This document shows positions 51,594 to 64,000 of a stretch of 64,000 bases of DNA, piece after piece. Source of the stretch: Ophelia neglecta. Its lineage: Eukaryota. Every line of letters begins with the position of its first letter. Within the stretch, counting starts at the first letter, position 1. The translations under genes were made by a program, and so were the position numbers. The notes beneath the pieces were generated by a model, which saw only the letters and a list, made by a program, of their open reading frames with translations, was not told where the DNA came from and made no database searches. The stretch lies in assembly GCA_965285935.1 (NCBI GenBank), contig OZ260663.1, forward strand, positions 74,276,001-74,340,000, read 5' to 3'.

Positions 51594-52215
51594 ACCTGTG
51601 ATCCTCTTTGCCATGGGCCAAGGGGTGCTTGTGATCCTCAGTGCCTTGGGCCAAGGGGTGCCTCAGTGCCTTGGGGCCAAAGAGTACCTGTGAGCTGCTT
51701 AGCCTTCAGGCCAAGGGATGCCTGTGATCCTCTGCCTTGGGGTTTAAGGGGACATGTGATCTGCTTTGCCTTTGGACCAACGAGTGCCTGTGATCCGCTT
51801 TGCCAAGGGGTGCCTGAGATCCTCTTTGCCCTGGGGCCAAGGAATGCCTGTGATCATCTATGCCTTGGGGCCAATGGGTGCCTGTGATCATCTATGCCTT
51901 GGGGCCAATGGGTGCCAGTGATCCTCTTTGCCTTGGGGTTAAGGGGTGCATGTGATCCTCTTTGCCTTGGGGTTAAGGGGTGCCTGTGATCCTCTATGCC
52001 TTGAATCAGCAGAGGGAATCATCACAGGGACCCCTTGGCCCCAAGGGGTGCCTGTGATGATTCCCTGTGCAGTGAGGTCAAGGAGGCCTGCCAGTGATTC
52101 CTTATCCCCCATATGCCCTGGCCCCAAGTACCATCAGTGATCTTATGTGCCCTAGGGCCAAAGTTATGCCATTGGACCCTTGGGGCTGTTGGGTGCTAGT
52201 GGTCTCCTGTGCCCT
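51594..52215. repeat. 33-34-bp minisatellite, degenerate after ~52070
   Basis: Consensus CCTGTGATCCTCTTTGCCTTGGGGCCAAGGGGTG. The unit contains the mini-palindrome CCTTGG-GG-CCAAGG. Confidence 0.92.
52009..52070. repeat. 62-bp near-perfect palindrome (30-bp arms, 2-nt centre)
   Basis: GCAGAGGGAATCATCACAGGGACCCCTTGG-CC-CCAAGGGGTGCCTGTGATGATTCCCTGTGC. 28 of 30 positions pair; both mismatches are G/G. Confidence 0.95.
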
Positions 52216-55200
52216 GTACAAGACCAAGATGTGGCTTCTACCCATCTCTAGGGTGGATCAGTGGAAATGACTTTCATAGGCGTAGCTCTTAGGCAGACAT
52301 ACCCCCTGACAATCTGAGGATCTCTGTACAGACACAGATGTTACCATCTCTCTGACTGACACGGATACACAGGTGTCTCTGATTTATGAAAACTCCCCTG
52401 CCTTTTCACACAGATCTTCTGATGATGGATTAGCAAAAAGCAGATAGACCAGGCCGTGCTTCTACATCAGTTTGGCTGGTCAGCTCCTAAAGGAAGGTGC
52501 TGTGTAAAAGTCAAGCAGAGCTGATCAGAAAGACAGATGTTTAGAGAGGTTATGTCTGATCAATTACATACATGTACCTATTTTTTAACAGATTGGCAGG
52601 TCAGGTATATAGCTTTTCCAAGCTGCCAGTTCAATGATCAGGTTGAAGTTCCTGTAGAAATGCACATTTTTGCCGCAAGACTTGTTTGAAATATTTCAAA
52701 TTTCCACATTTGAAGGAGCTTCATCATTTTATGGTTAGCACAATTGACCTATGATGAGCATAAGGGTTTAATATTTGTGGGAAGTATTTTTTGCTATATT
52801 TGAAGATAGCAACATTAGCAACTACATGTATAATTTCTTGCAAACATTGCCAATTGTACAGTATCTAGTACAGGACTGTATAGAGATATACATGTACATG
52901 GTTTACTTGAAATTATTAAGTGGTTTATCTGCATGTAAAACAAATCTGTAAGAAAACAAAGTTTATCTTATTGTTTACAAGCCTATTTTTTGCAAATCAA
53001 TCAACTTATTATTCAGAGCAGGTTTTTTCAGACATAAAATTATATTCCTTGTTTTTTAGGACCATGGATCTTCTATTCTAAGCAAACCAATGGCTCCATT
53101 TTGTTTTAATTGAATAATTAATTTATTTATCTATGGTACCTGACATTCCATACTTAGTTTTAAAATATAATAGAGAGGATATTTTGTGTGTCACATACTT
53201 ACCCATGGCTCTTCCTTAGCTAGATTCATTATCACTAACTTTTTTTTCTTGTTTTGCTTACTCATGTTGTGTCGCTAATTTCACACAATAACTACAACTC
53301 ATATTATAAGAGATCTTTAGTCCTTTCAGACATACTTGTTAAAAGTTAGACCATGGTTAACATCAATTGCAATGGGGGGGGGGGGGCATGCTGGTTTTAA
53401 ACTTATGTATTATACTGATACATCGTACACCCGTAAAGTTTCACAGAGTCGTCCAGAATATTTACAGTTGCGGATCTCCTTCCAGGACTTGAATCAGTCA
53501 CTTGTGAGGCTTCATTTTTTTCTACTAAACAGATGGCATAATTATAATTAGCAACACATGACAAGGTGATATTTAGTCCATGAAATAGTAAGATCTCAGG
53601 ATCATTTAGTGTTTATTTAGGGAGACTGTGGATCATTGTCAGTAGAGAGTTGTCACAATGAAACTACATAAGAGAATGAGCTGGCTATGCATGGCCCTAA
53701 GGAGACACACTGGTACCTGAAGAAGGCTGATTACGCTGGTCCCTGCAGTAATGAGCTGATGTTTTAAGTGACTATTGTCTATGGTTGGTGGAAGTGCGAT
53801 CCAGACACATTTAAACTGCTTAAGATGTAACAGACTAGACTTTAGTGACATTTAATACAGGCATAAAAAAGATGTTAAATTGTCTTTCAATAGCTTTGCG
53901 GTTGCAGCATTTCCACCTTAACATTAGTCATACATACACTGTATATGCTGATGTTAACTTTTATGTAGCTTGAATACAAACTGTGGCTCTAATTGTGTAC
54001 AAAAATGTCATCAAGGATCTGTCATTAAAATATATTTCACACCGTATCTGGGCCATTCACATCGGCTGCTAAATGGTTAATTGCAGTTTAGTTAAAAGTA
54101 ATGTATTTCTTTCATTTTTCCTAAATCTTTTTGTCTAAAAGGCAATGTTTAGTCTCAATTCTAAATGAAATGTTTGACTGAACATTTCATCAGTGAGCTA
54201 ATATTTTTGCTGGGTTTTGCAGGCGGACTGGCGACTACCAGCTAAGCTGGTTGGCACAGCGGCTGGCACTGAAATGTGTGAGATATCTAAGTTTACAGAT
54301 AGGACAAACTGATAGAGTGATAGACACTGCTGAATGAAAAGCTCCACATGTGGGGTTTTAGCAGGAAACTTACTCTCCTGGCATGGGGCAAATCTAGGCT
54401 CATGTAGTTGTTCAGCTTTCAAGATGTCCAGATATTCACCCTGGGCCTTCACTAACTAATAACACGTGCATGTGTGTGGGGGGGAGCACTGCCAGGTCAT
54501 CTGTCTCAACTCCCATGTTATCAAAAACTGAGATTTCAATGATACATCCCTTTTTTAGACACAATAGTCAAATTCTTAAATGTTCCTAAAAACATGAGGA
54601 AATATCTAATATCATAGTAAAACAATGCTCTCCATGCAAGTTTCTGAATTATCCATAATTTGAAACAGTGTAATGTGTAGGGCTGTGACATGCCATCATT
54701 TGTGGGAGTGCCTGCATGCCCTCCAGCATCTGGTCAGACATCTATAGATCATGATAGTCCTTTTGGTGGTTGATAAATCTGTCATTTCGTGATAAACTGT
54801 TCCTGTTATTAAATATGATACTAGCTCAGCCTGATGTGGTATTTGATACCTTAAGGCCAGTTGTTTAAAACTCCTCTCATGACCTCTACTGATCGGGTGT
54901 AACCCGGTGCACACCCCGGGGACAGTCAAAGCCCCTCCCCTGTCACCTGCTCCAGCCTCCTTTAACCCCCCTCCCCCCTCCACTCCCCCCATGGCTGGCC
55001 AGGCAGGACAGCGATACCCCTGAGCAGGCTTATGCTAATGATAAATAATGGTGGCGTGTCATCTGCAGGGTATTATGAATTATGGACCTGGTCAATTGGG
55101 ATCTTGGTATTGTCTCAGACACAGGTGCCATGTTTTAATGGCCCATCGCACTTCATAAAACTTGCATCGCTCAATATCCATAATGAGATTTACCAATTAG

Positions 55201-58200
55201 TCTGAGCATTGAACAGTTCTACACTACATCAATCATGTATGTTCTCTCCTCTGCTTGTTACGCAGCCTTTGAATTATTGGCGAGTGTCAATTGTTTGCGA
55301 TGAGGGTTTAGTAATGGTCATGCTTTTCTGAATGTATCAGCTATCTTCCCCTACCAGATGTTGTTCACACTCTGCTGGTTGTCTATAGCCCCGCTCTATA
55401 GCACTCTTTGTGTGCATTACATCTTCATCTTTTCCATTTCAAGCGCTGAACAGATGACTGTTGCGAAGTAAATCTCCTTTAAGTACTTGACAGGCTAGGT
55501 GTTTTGTTTTTTAAAGCTTGTTGGCCAACTGTGCTGTGGCCAGTTTTGTCAGAAATTATTGTCGGATGACAAAGAGTGGCGTGTGTCCCTTACGGATTGT
55601 CAGTGTGCACCCCATCTCCCTATTGAGGATAGATTAACCAAAGTCTGGGCAGAAGCTAACATAATTGAGTATTAATCGAAACAAGTTCACAATATAAAGA
55701 GCTGCCATATGCTGACCAAATCTGTTGGCTTTTATTCTTCACAGCAAGGCTTAACACCACAGTTGTCCGTTAGTGTTACATTTTTTATTTGTATTGAATA
55801 AATAATGATAAAACTATACGGCAGATGGAAAGCTGTTCTGTTGCACGAAAAAGAATATTGAAAGGTTCTAACAACAATGTATCAATTTAGTTCAGCAATT
55901 GCATTTAATTTGTTGAAATCAGGATATTCACATTTTTTGTTTCTTGATTTTAAACTCTCCATTTTTATCCCAATGATATATTTCCTTCCATTTTTTTGTT
56001 TCTTAATTTATATGTTGTTAGTTTTATGTCAGTATAAGAAAATGGATGGCATATGCCCACATCAGTAATGGTGAATAGTGAGAGATAGTATATGTACACA
56101 TAATATCGCTTGCTGTTAGATCCATGATGGTAGGAGAGACACAATAGATTTATATCAGGGTTTTGGGAAAATACTCTAGAAAGAACAGCTGAAACTGTTG
56201 TGCTTATATAGATCCCTCCCCATACAGTTCTGCCGGAAAATTCAATACCGTAACCTGGCTAGAAATGTGTACAAAGTAAATTAATTATCCACTAATCGAG
56301 CTGTAGAGAAAACTCTGAGAAAGTTGCCGGACATTTCCATGTGTTTGGATAATATTGCATGTGGTCATCACCCACACCCTTCACCCAAAGATCTCATCTG
56401 GGATAAATTGATGAAACAATGGCGGCATGGCAACTGCTGTGATCATTGATATTTTCACAAAGCTGTCTTTTTAATATCAATAAATTAGAGTAGATAGTTT
56501 TGTCCTGCCATGTGGTCTTTGTCTCTCCCTGAGATCAGCTGTCACTTCCATATGTCCAGCAGATTTTCTGTTTCCTAATATGCGCCCAGATTGGACATGA
56601 TAATTTAATCAGGCTCTAGTTTGGGGTGTGTTTCTGCCACGGTTTGATTTATTGACAGGCTTTCTTCTTATTCACAGCACATTCCTTGCTTTCAAGCAAT
56701 TATAAGGGACAATTTGCTGGAAATATTTGCTGCAAAGATTGTCTGAAATGAAAACTGGTAATCTGAACAGTGTGCTAGTAAAAATACCCAATATGCATAG
56801 GTCAGTGTATCAAAAAGAAACAAAAGGACACAAACACTTGTTCCTAATTTGACCTACTAATACTAATCATTTTCAGTTGTTCATCCATGACTGCAGTGTT
56901 ATGTTACGGTTAGTGGTGATAATGATAAGACTTTGTAGATCAAACTGAAATTGAAAGGTAGAGTAGTGGTGCCTTGCCTTGAGGTATAGCTTTGTGGATG
57001 CTCAAAGCATGTGGAGGGTGTGTGGAGCAGACATGTCATGTCATGTTCTTAATCATACTGATCAGTGAATGGAACAATATTATATCGGCTGCAGATGCTG
57101 AATCTGACAGCCTGGTCCAGCTAATTATTGTGTACAACAACATGACTGTACATGTGGGAGAGAGCCCACTCTGCCAGGCTCCGCTATTGCCATCTCTGGA
57201 AGCAACATCTGCAGACAGCCTGGGAAAGATCAGATCCCAGCGGTGAGTGGCCTGCTGGCTGCTGCAGCTGATAGGCCATGGCAAGCTGTCAGAGAAAAGA
57301 CCTGCCCACACCAAACAGCCTACCTACCATTTGGTCAGCAGTGCTCCACTGAGCAGGCCGCCTCTGAACACCTCTGTTCGCTGCTGATATACGCTGGCTT
57401 GTAGTAGATTTATGTCTACAAAGGGCAAGCAAATTTGACTTGAGAGGCTTACTGTGCATTGCGATTGCCCAGCGCACAGAGAATGCATGCTGATGGCACC
57501 ACTATCTAGCAGCAGCATCTGGTACGGTTTATTCAAGCACTACAAGTATCAACACCAAGCAGGCGCTCATTCAGTGAATTGGCAGCAGCCGCAGGGAGTG
57601 GACAGCCAGGACTGTGTGCTAGCAGTGCGTAGATCAGCTTGATACAGGTTAACAGCGGAATCTCAGGCCGCCAGATTGTTCTGTGTAACTGGACAGGATC
57701 ATCCATAGATCTGTCTACAGCATGAAGTGAACATGGTCTAATCCACTACAAGCAGATTTCAGCAGGATTTATGTCAATTGGATTACTGTTATACTAGTGT
57801 CTACTTCACCAGGACTGTCTACTACAGACATTGGGAAACTTCTCAAACAAGCACTCTCATATAAATGTACTAGTAGGACTGGACCGGGTGTCTTCAGCAC
57901 TGATGAGTCAAGTAGCCACGGATACAAAAGCAAAGTCTCTTATCTGCCTCCGAGACCTTTCTAGTAAGTAAAAACACATGTATTTATTGTCTTACTTGAT
58001 TAGAGAGTCTTGCCTAGATCTGATGACAGTTTTGATCACAGACTCTCTCGCTTTGACATGTGAGACCTGTATTGAGTTTAAAACCAATAGGACTCAAGTA
58101 CTTTTAATCAACTTTTTTAGTCATTGACAAAAACCTGGTTAAAACTTAGCACTCTGTGATGCACAGAAATTTTCTGCTGCTGATTTTTTTTGCAGAAATG

Positions 58201-61200
58201 ATAGACTTTCACTTCAGAGGAAATTGTTGGCAGCCCTGTGAGGGAGCCGTGAATCTGTTGAACAGATTTCACTTGTGTTTAAAGCTGCCGCTACTGTTTT
58301 GACTTATTATGTGCTGCTGCCTTCTGGTTTAGGCCCACCAGGCTGACCTCTGGCTTGGAACGCCGGAGGTTAAACTGATTTGACATTCGCTCTGTGTGTG
58401 TGTGGTTTTCTAAGTGTGGTTTATTACTCTCACCTAATCTTAGGTAAAATAATGTTAATATCATCAGAGCCCGTAGAGTGGCATTCTGGGTGAAATATAC
58501 CCTGATTGCCAGCTCCTTTTAAAGGAGTAACTGAGTTGTGTACAATGATTCTGTTATACACCAGGGCTCCAGCATGGGACTTTATGTTAACTGCACTACA
58601 CAATGCAAAAACCTACCTAAGTATATAAACAAACTTAGTGACCTAAAGTTCATCTTTTCAATGGTGACCACCATAATACCATCAGACCACCCTTATCTAT
58701 GTTGTATTGAGTGCCAATAATAATTTGCTGTCAAGGTTTCTGTTCTAGCTAGTCATTGTCACAGATTTACAATTGTTATGTTGAATACCCATGTGGCTTG
58801 TCTCATATGGCGGTGACCTGGTGCTCAGAATGTCAATGATACAATGTCAAAGCATGCTGGTCATAGTGAATTCAAAGCTGAATATAGCTTAATTCTAAAT
58901 ATACAACTTCAGCTGGTACAAAACATAATATGCTGGATGCTGGGCCTCTGAAAGCTGCTTATGTAAATAACTTTTTCATATATAAATCAGTCAAAATATA
59001 TATATGTGGAACAAAGCCGAGTCATTGCAATGTGTTACCCGGATCGATTGGAGAGCAGTGTTAGGCTTTTGTTTATAACGATTGTTTAACACACATGGCA
59101 TCGGGAGCACAGGTGCTGTGTCCTCAGGCCTTTACCACTGGAAACAACACCACACGTGCCTTTCTGCATTACAATACAATCTACACATTTCATCACCGGG
59201 CTGCTGCAGCCAAGCTCTACTTACTCATCAGCTCCCTTAATAACCAACAAGAACAACGCCAACAAGAGGAAGTCAGCCCGTCTGAGATATGTGTGGCCGA
59301 GTTTGTGTGAGGCTTCAGAGGCTGTACACCTGACACATGTTCACAAGGAGATGGCTGATGTATCATTGCCTCATTGTGTCTGACATGCCCTGGAGCTCAG
59401 GGTCAACTGATAAACTATACAATCGTCCTGATATAATTGTGGACCAGACTTCTGTATTGAAGAATGTATTGTATAGGTAAGAAGAAGAAAACAGCTTAAC
59501 CACTAATGGGGATTTGTAAATATATCAACTCCCAGATACTATCAATCCATCTCTTGTAATTAATGACACATTTAAAGTAATTAAACAGGCAAAGTTATAT
59601 AAATTTATTATTTTCACCTCTTGTTAGCATGACAGTTCAAGTGGTCATGACAGAAAGGGAGACCTTAGTACAGAGTGGGGGGGGGGGGGGGGGAGAGGGA
59701 GATAGATATGATGGAGATAGAGATGTCTGCATGCAGCATGCAGTAGGCTAGGAGTCTAGTGAGCCGGCTGAGACCCATATGTGCCTCCCCACACTATTCT
59801 GGGGAGCAGGTGTGAAGAGCTCATTTACTAAATGAGACAATACTCGTGGGGATTACCTAGTCTGCAGTCTCCATCCTCCCTGCACCAGGCCTGCCAGCTG
59901 GGGTCATCTGGCAGGAAGGCAGCCAGGCTGCTATCACCCAGTGCAGGCCGGCCTGCTGTCGACCAGGGATCAGCCCTCAGCCACCCGTCTGCTCACCAAT
60001 CTCCTGCAAGCCCCTGATATCAGCCTCCTCAGCCTTGTAAGTATACCACCAGCCCCACAGAATAGCAATAGCTGTCACTCACTCCAATGTATGGCTTCTG
60101 CATTGTTTCTAAACATGTAGCATTCATGGCTGCTGTGCTGGCTGCTGATATGTAGAGATAGCAGGACTCTGCTGATGAACAGCTTTCAATGTCATGCTCT
60201 TTGTCAATTTGATGAGTGTTCAGGAAAAGCATTAAATGGCAGAGCATTATCCTTATTACCTGATGTTAGGACAGAAACCAATCCATTGCTGCAGGCAGCT
60301 GGTAGTTGTTGTCAAACAAGGGAACAGTTGGTGTCCATATTTGTGTCACCTCCTATTTGAATTGTAATCAAGAATAAGAAGCCAATGCATTACAAAAACC
60401 AATCTTTGTAACATTTTCTTCAAAGCAATTCAGATAATTGTGTCTGAATTGCATGCACAAAGAAGGTATTACTAGAATCAGGTGCTACAACTACCATCCA
60501 CCACATTTATGGTTTCATCAGTGGGATTGCCAGACTCCACTAGTGTTGTCTTTCTAACCCAGGTGTTCATTGACAATGGATTTGATGAACGGTGAATCAA
60601 GCCTTATAATGACACACAGAAATCTGCTTTTTGTCAGCTGGCCTTTCTGGTAGGCTTAGAGTTTGTTCGTCAGTTAGTTTGTTAGTGAAGTGTGCTTGAA
60701 TAGATTGTATTGTCGTAAAGCCTTCTTTATAATATGTTTACTATCTTGGCACACTTTTCTAATAATAGTGGCGGCTGTAGCCGGTGTACTAACAGTTGTA
60801 TCTCCAGTATTTGGTTTATACCAGACAATAGTGTGATGTACAATTGATTTAACCCCCCCCCCCTTATTGTGGGAGTCCAGGTGTAGAGTGTGGCCCATGA
60901 CACCCTGCCAGTCTCCAGGTGGGACAGGTGTTCTCCTCTCCCAATCTCCCATCTGTCCTCTGCAGCTAACAAACACACAACAGCTGCTACCGGCCCAACC
61001 TGATAATAATTCAACTTTATCTTGTGGGAGACTCAAGATGCAGTGTTGTTATTAACCAGCCATGGGGTGGCCATAGGTTAGTATTAAGAACCCTGAATGT
61101 GAGTGGCAGTCGATATGCTGGCATGTCCACCTGACAGGTGATCATCAATTAGGCCTCCTTCTCTCAATCAAAGCGGTGCTTAGCATGATGGTCAAGTCAG

Positions 61201-61506
61201 GCCATCACTGGCTGGGGCCAGGGCCTGGGCTGGGGCCTAATGTACACCCGAGGACCTGGGCTAGAGGTGAGTGGCAGCCTGTAATCTCACCTGGCCTTAC
61301 TACTACTAAAACATGTATACCTGTCACCATCAGCACAGTGATGGCTGGCTCAAACCGTACCCAGCTAAATACACTGAACGAGGCCATCGAAAATAAAACT
61401 AACTTTACTGTCATAAATAATGAAAAGTATGATCCAAGTAGCTACAGAAGTGTGAAATAGGCATTAAACATAATGATGATCTGTGTTATCTGTGTTGTTA
61501 TCTAGG

Positions 61507-61532
61507 CTTTATTGTCTTCTTTATAGGTGAGG
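61507..61532 (+). other. Candidate recursive (AG|GT) splice site
   Basis: CTTTATTGTCTTCTTTATAG|GTGAGG: a pyrimidine tract and acceptor directly abutting a donor-like GTGAG. Confidence 0.3.
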
Positions 61533-62809
61533 GCCATAGCGTGTCAATTCTGTACACCTGTTTCTTTTTAATCTTATTGCCAACATGTTGTGTTTGACAC
61601 TAGATTACCTTTGGTAGTGTGGTGTACCACAGATGACACCAGGGTGGTGTCACATGTTAACCACTTTAAACCCGTGTCACTGCGCTGTGTCACAGAGTAA
61701 AGTGAAACAGATGTATGACATGTAATGATATAAGGCTATAATTTGTTTTAGTTTTGCAAGGGTAATTTTGCATTAGTTAAGAAATTGTTTGACAATTAAT
61801 GCCAAAATACCTATTAACTTGGGCATTTTTTTCCCCACAGGGCGACCAATTTTGACAATGCGTGCCTATGTAGTCTAGCTAGTTGCGCCTTAAATTCCTT
61901 CATTGTTTTACTGGGGGATGGTTTTTGTGGTGGTGTCAGTAACAAGAGCTGGCACTTACAGTATGAGGTAGAGCAGGCCTAGCAGTAAGTAGCCAATATA
62001 GAGGGTGAGATATGGGGCCTTGATAAGCCACATTCACATTGCTGTTGTCATTGCTGTGGGTCCGTGATTAGCTCTGACATCTAGTCGTCTAGAGAGGGCT
62101 GCACCTGCTCCGAGATTGTACAGCTGGTGACAGCTTCCTTCATACTACTGAACGGAGAGTCTGAACAAGAGCCGGCCCCGGCAACAGGTATTGGCACCAG
62201 GCCCTAATAATCTCACCAAGGGGCCTAAGGGGTCTACAAGGACCCTGTTAGGCCGGCCCTCTGGCCCTGCCGCCTCAATAACTTCACCACAAATTAGCAG
62301 AAAGACCTTCACATGGCCACGGTTCGGATCTCTTGTCTATGTTCTATCCACAGCTTGCCATAGGAAAGTGGAGCCTAATATCAATTTTGGGAATCTAACA
62401 GCTTGCTCTGATACTGATGTAATTATTGATCGGGGTATTTCATGAATGCCTGAAGTTCATAACAGGCGAAAATATTGTCCTGAAAATCTTGCATTATCTC
62501 AAAGTTATGACTCAAGAGTGATAGGGAGGTTTACACATGTTAATTCCTACACTTGTTTACACTTTTATTTTCCCAAAGGAAATTTTATAGTCCTCAAAAT
62601 TCTAGATTCTTAAAAATTGAATGCTCAAACAAATACTCGATTCAATGTTTTACTATAGATCCATGTGCATCTATATACATCATAAAAGTGAAGATTTATG
62701 ATTTTTACTGGCTTTTGTCTTTATCCGAGTACACAAGCTTTTTATTGCTGAAGAAAGCAGACATAGTTAGGTAGTTGTTTGTAGTTTATTCAGGGATGAG
62801 TGGCAGTAC

Positions 62810-63410
62810 ATCCACCCGTGTGTGGAGTGAAATTCTCCTGTCTGTCTGGCATCTGTCAGAAGAGGGTGGGGAAGACAAGAAGAGATTTGGATGGTACCGT
62901 CTTTCAGTATTTTGAGAGTCAGGATTGATAAACACAAAAACACCCCATTTGAGGGTCTGTGATAACAGATAGTTCTAACACTTTTTGAAGGAGTGAACAG
63001 TCTAGGATTTAAAGTTTTAAACTGAAGTGTGTTGGCCATGTGGGTAATGTCGGGGGGGAGAGTGGGACGAGACAGTGCAAGGATGGGAAATTTGTCAGAG
63101 GAACCATGATAGCTTCGTACCCTGGACTTAGTCACTGGAATCAAACCTGTCAGATCACACGATTACCTTTCTTGAGGAGAACCATGCAGGCTCCCAGGAT
63201 GTGGACTTGTATATACAAGCATATAAAGCCAGTCCAGCCCTACTGGTCAGTCTGAATACATACATGAACAAATATCTACTTGATCCATCCAGTCTGGTGT
63301 CAGACAGAAGCAAGATGCTCCAACTGTAGTGGCTTGGCACCAGCAATGATCCCTTGGATACAAGTCAGTCTTTTATCACTTTGCCTCCGATGCACAATAT
63401 AATGCATCCT
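62810..63410 (-). mobile_element. Highly decayed LINE (CR1/L2-like) reverse-transcriptase core
   Basis: Minus-strand relics in order: ALYCAS (63405-63388, cf. AFDxVS), QGI, LLSDTR, YACI/QVHILG (63209-63192, cf. AGVPQGSILG), DLTGLI..SRVRSY (cf. NDL..SxVRLYADD), ANTLQ, FTPSKS (62997-62980, cf. FNPSKT). Spacings are close to canonical. Confidence 0.5.
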
Positions 63411-64000
63411 TGTAGAACAAGTGGGCCATGAATAAACATGGCAATTAAACTGACAAGATGATACTCTCAGAGTCAGAGTGTTTGCTTACCTTACCTGATT
63501 TATTTCATGAAAACTATTGATGCATGGAGCTGTTTGTTAGTGTGTACTTCAAATCTTTCCATGTGCAATGGGGGGTCAATGTGGGTCTGTATTCTTATCA
63601 AAGAGAGGCGCAAATTAATGTGCCTGAAATGCTAGACAAATGATTTTAACAGCCTAGAGCTATTTACAAAGTTATGTTTGGTGGCTGGTCCCTTTCTGGT
63701 GATGTAGGCTTATGTAAGTGAGTACATGGTTCAGAGATAACAGTTAGTTAAGGGACCCAAGGGATGGGACCAACTGATAGAACCTGTATTAACAGATGGA
63801 AACAATTTGGCCAAAGCAGGGAGCAGTTGGAAATCATCAGCAATGATTACTGTGGCAAGCTGCTCCAGCTGGAGTGAAGACATGGCAGTATTGTAGGTTT
63901 TCATCTAGATGATAGCCAACACCTGAGTGTGGCTCCAGACAGGAGCGGCTCCTCAGGCTCCACCCAGAGCACCCAGCTTTCCCAGCCCTGCTATCTTCAT

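Noticed and set aside
53197-53220. Minus-strand GCCATGG|GTAAGT start-codon exon end
   Set aside because: No supporting acceptor or promoter features; isolated GTAAGT hexamers are frequent by chance.
57895-57940. CTGATGA as a hammerhead ribozyme core (also ~47952, ~40160 and in the 50-bp units)
   Set aside because: No correctly placed stem II plus GAAA and no closing stems.
61617-61652. Two adjacent small hairpins as a Helitron 3' end
   Set aside because: Not followed by a CTRR terminus at the expected distance.

Overview
AT-rich, CpG-depleted animal genomic DNA, most like a marine invertebrate (lophotrochozoan/mollusc-like; this is an inference from composition, frequent TACATGTA and repeat style, not a taxonomic call). 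No intact protein-coding gene, RNA gene, CRISPR array or operon is visible, and none of the supplied short ORFs looks like a real gene. The window reads as a long intron or gene desert. It has a candidate + strand promoter and non-coding first exon at the very start (~41-279), a well-formed 21-nt microexon candidate (44562-44582) and a candidate recursive splice site (61526/61527). It contains at least eight tandem arrays (62, 38, 20, ~42-52, 31, 50, ~14 and 33-34 bp units). Mobile-element material comprises two very short retroposon 3'-tail insertions with clean target-site duplications, two Tc1/mariner-type MITE remnants, and heavily decayed coding relics (a double THAP domain, a Harbinger-like end, three LINE ORF2 fragments). 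The most unusual local structures are a 62-bp palindrome that appears to have formed inside a minisatellite by template switching, and the minimal stem-loop-plus-tail retroposon copies. I did not find convincing evidence for a new multi-gene system; everything beyond the repeats is a hypothesis to test.
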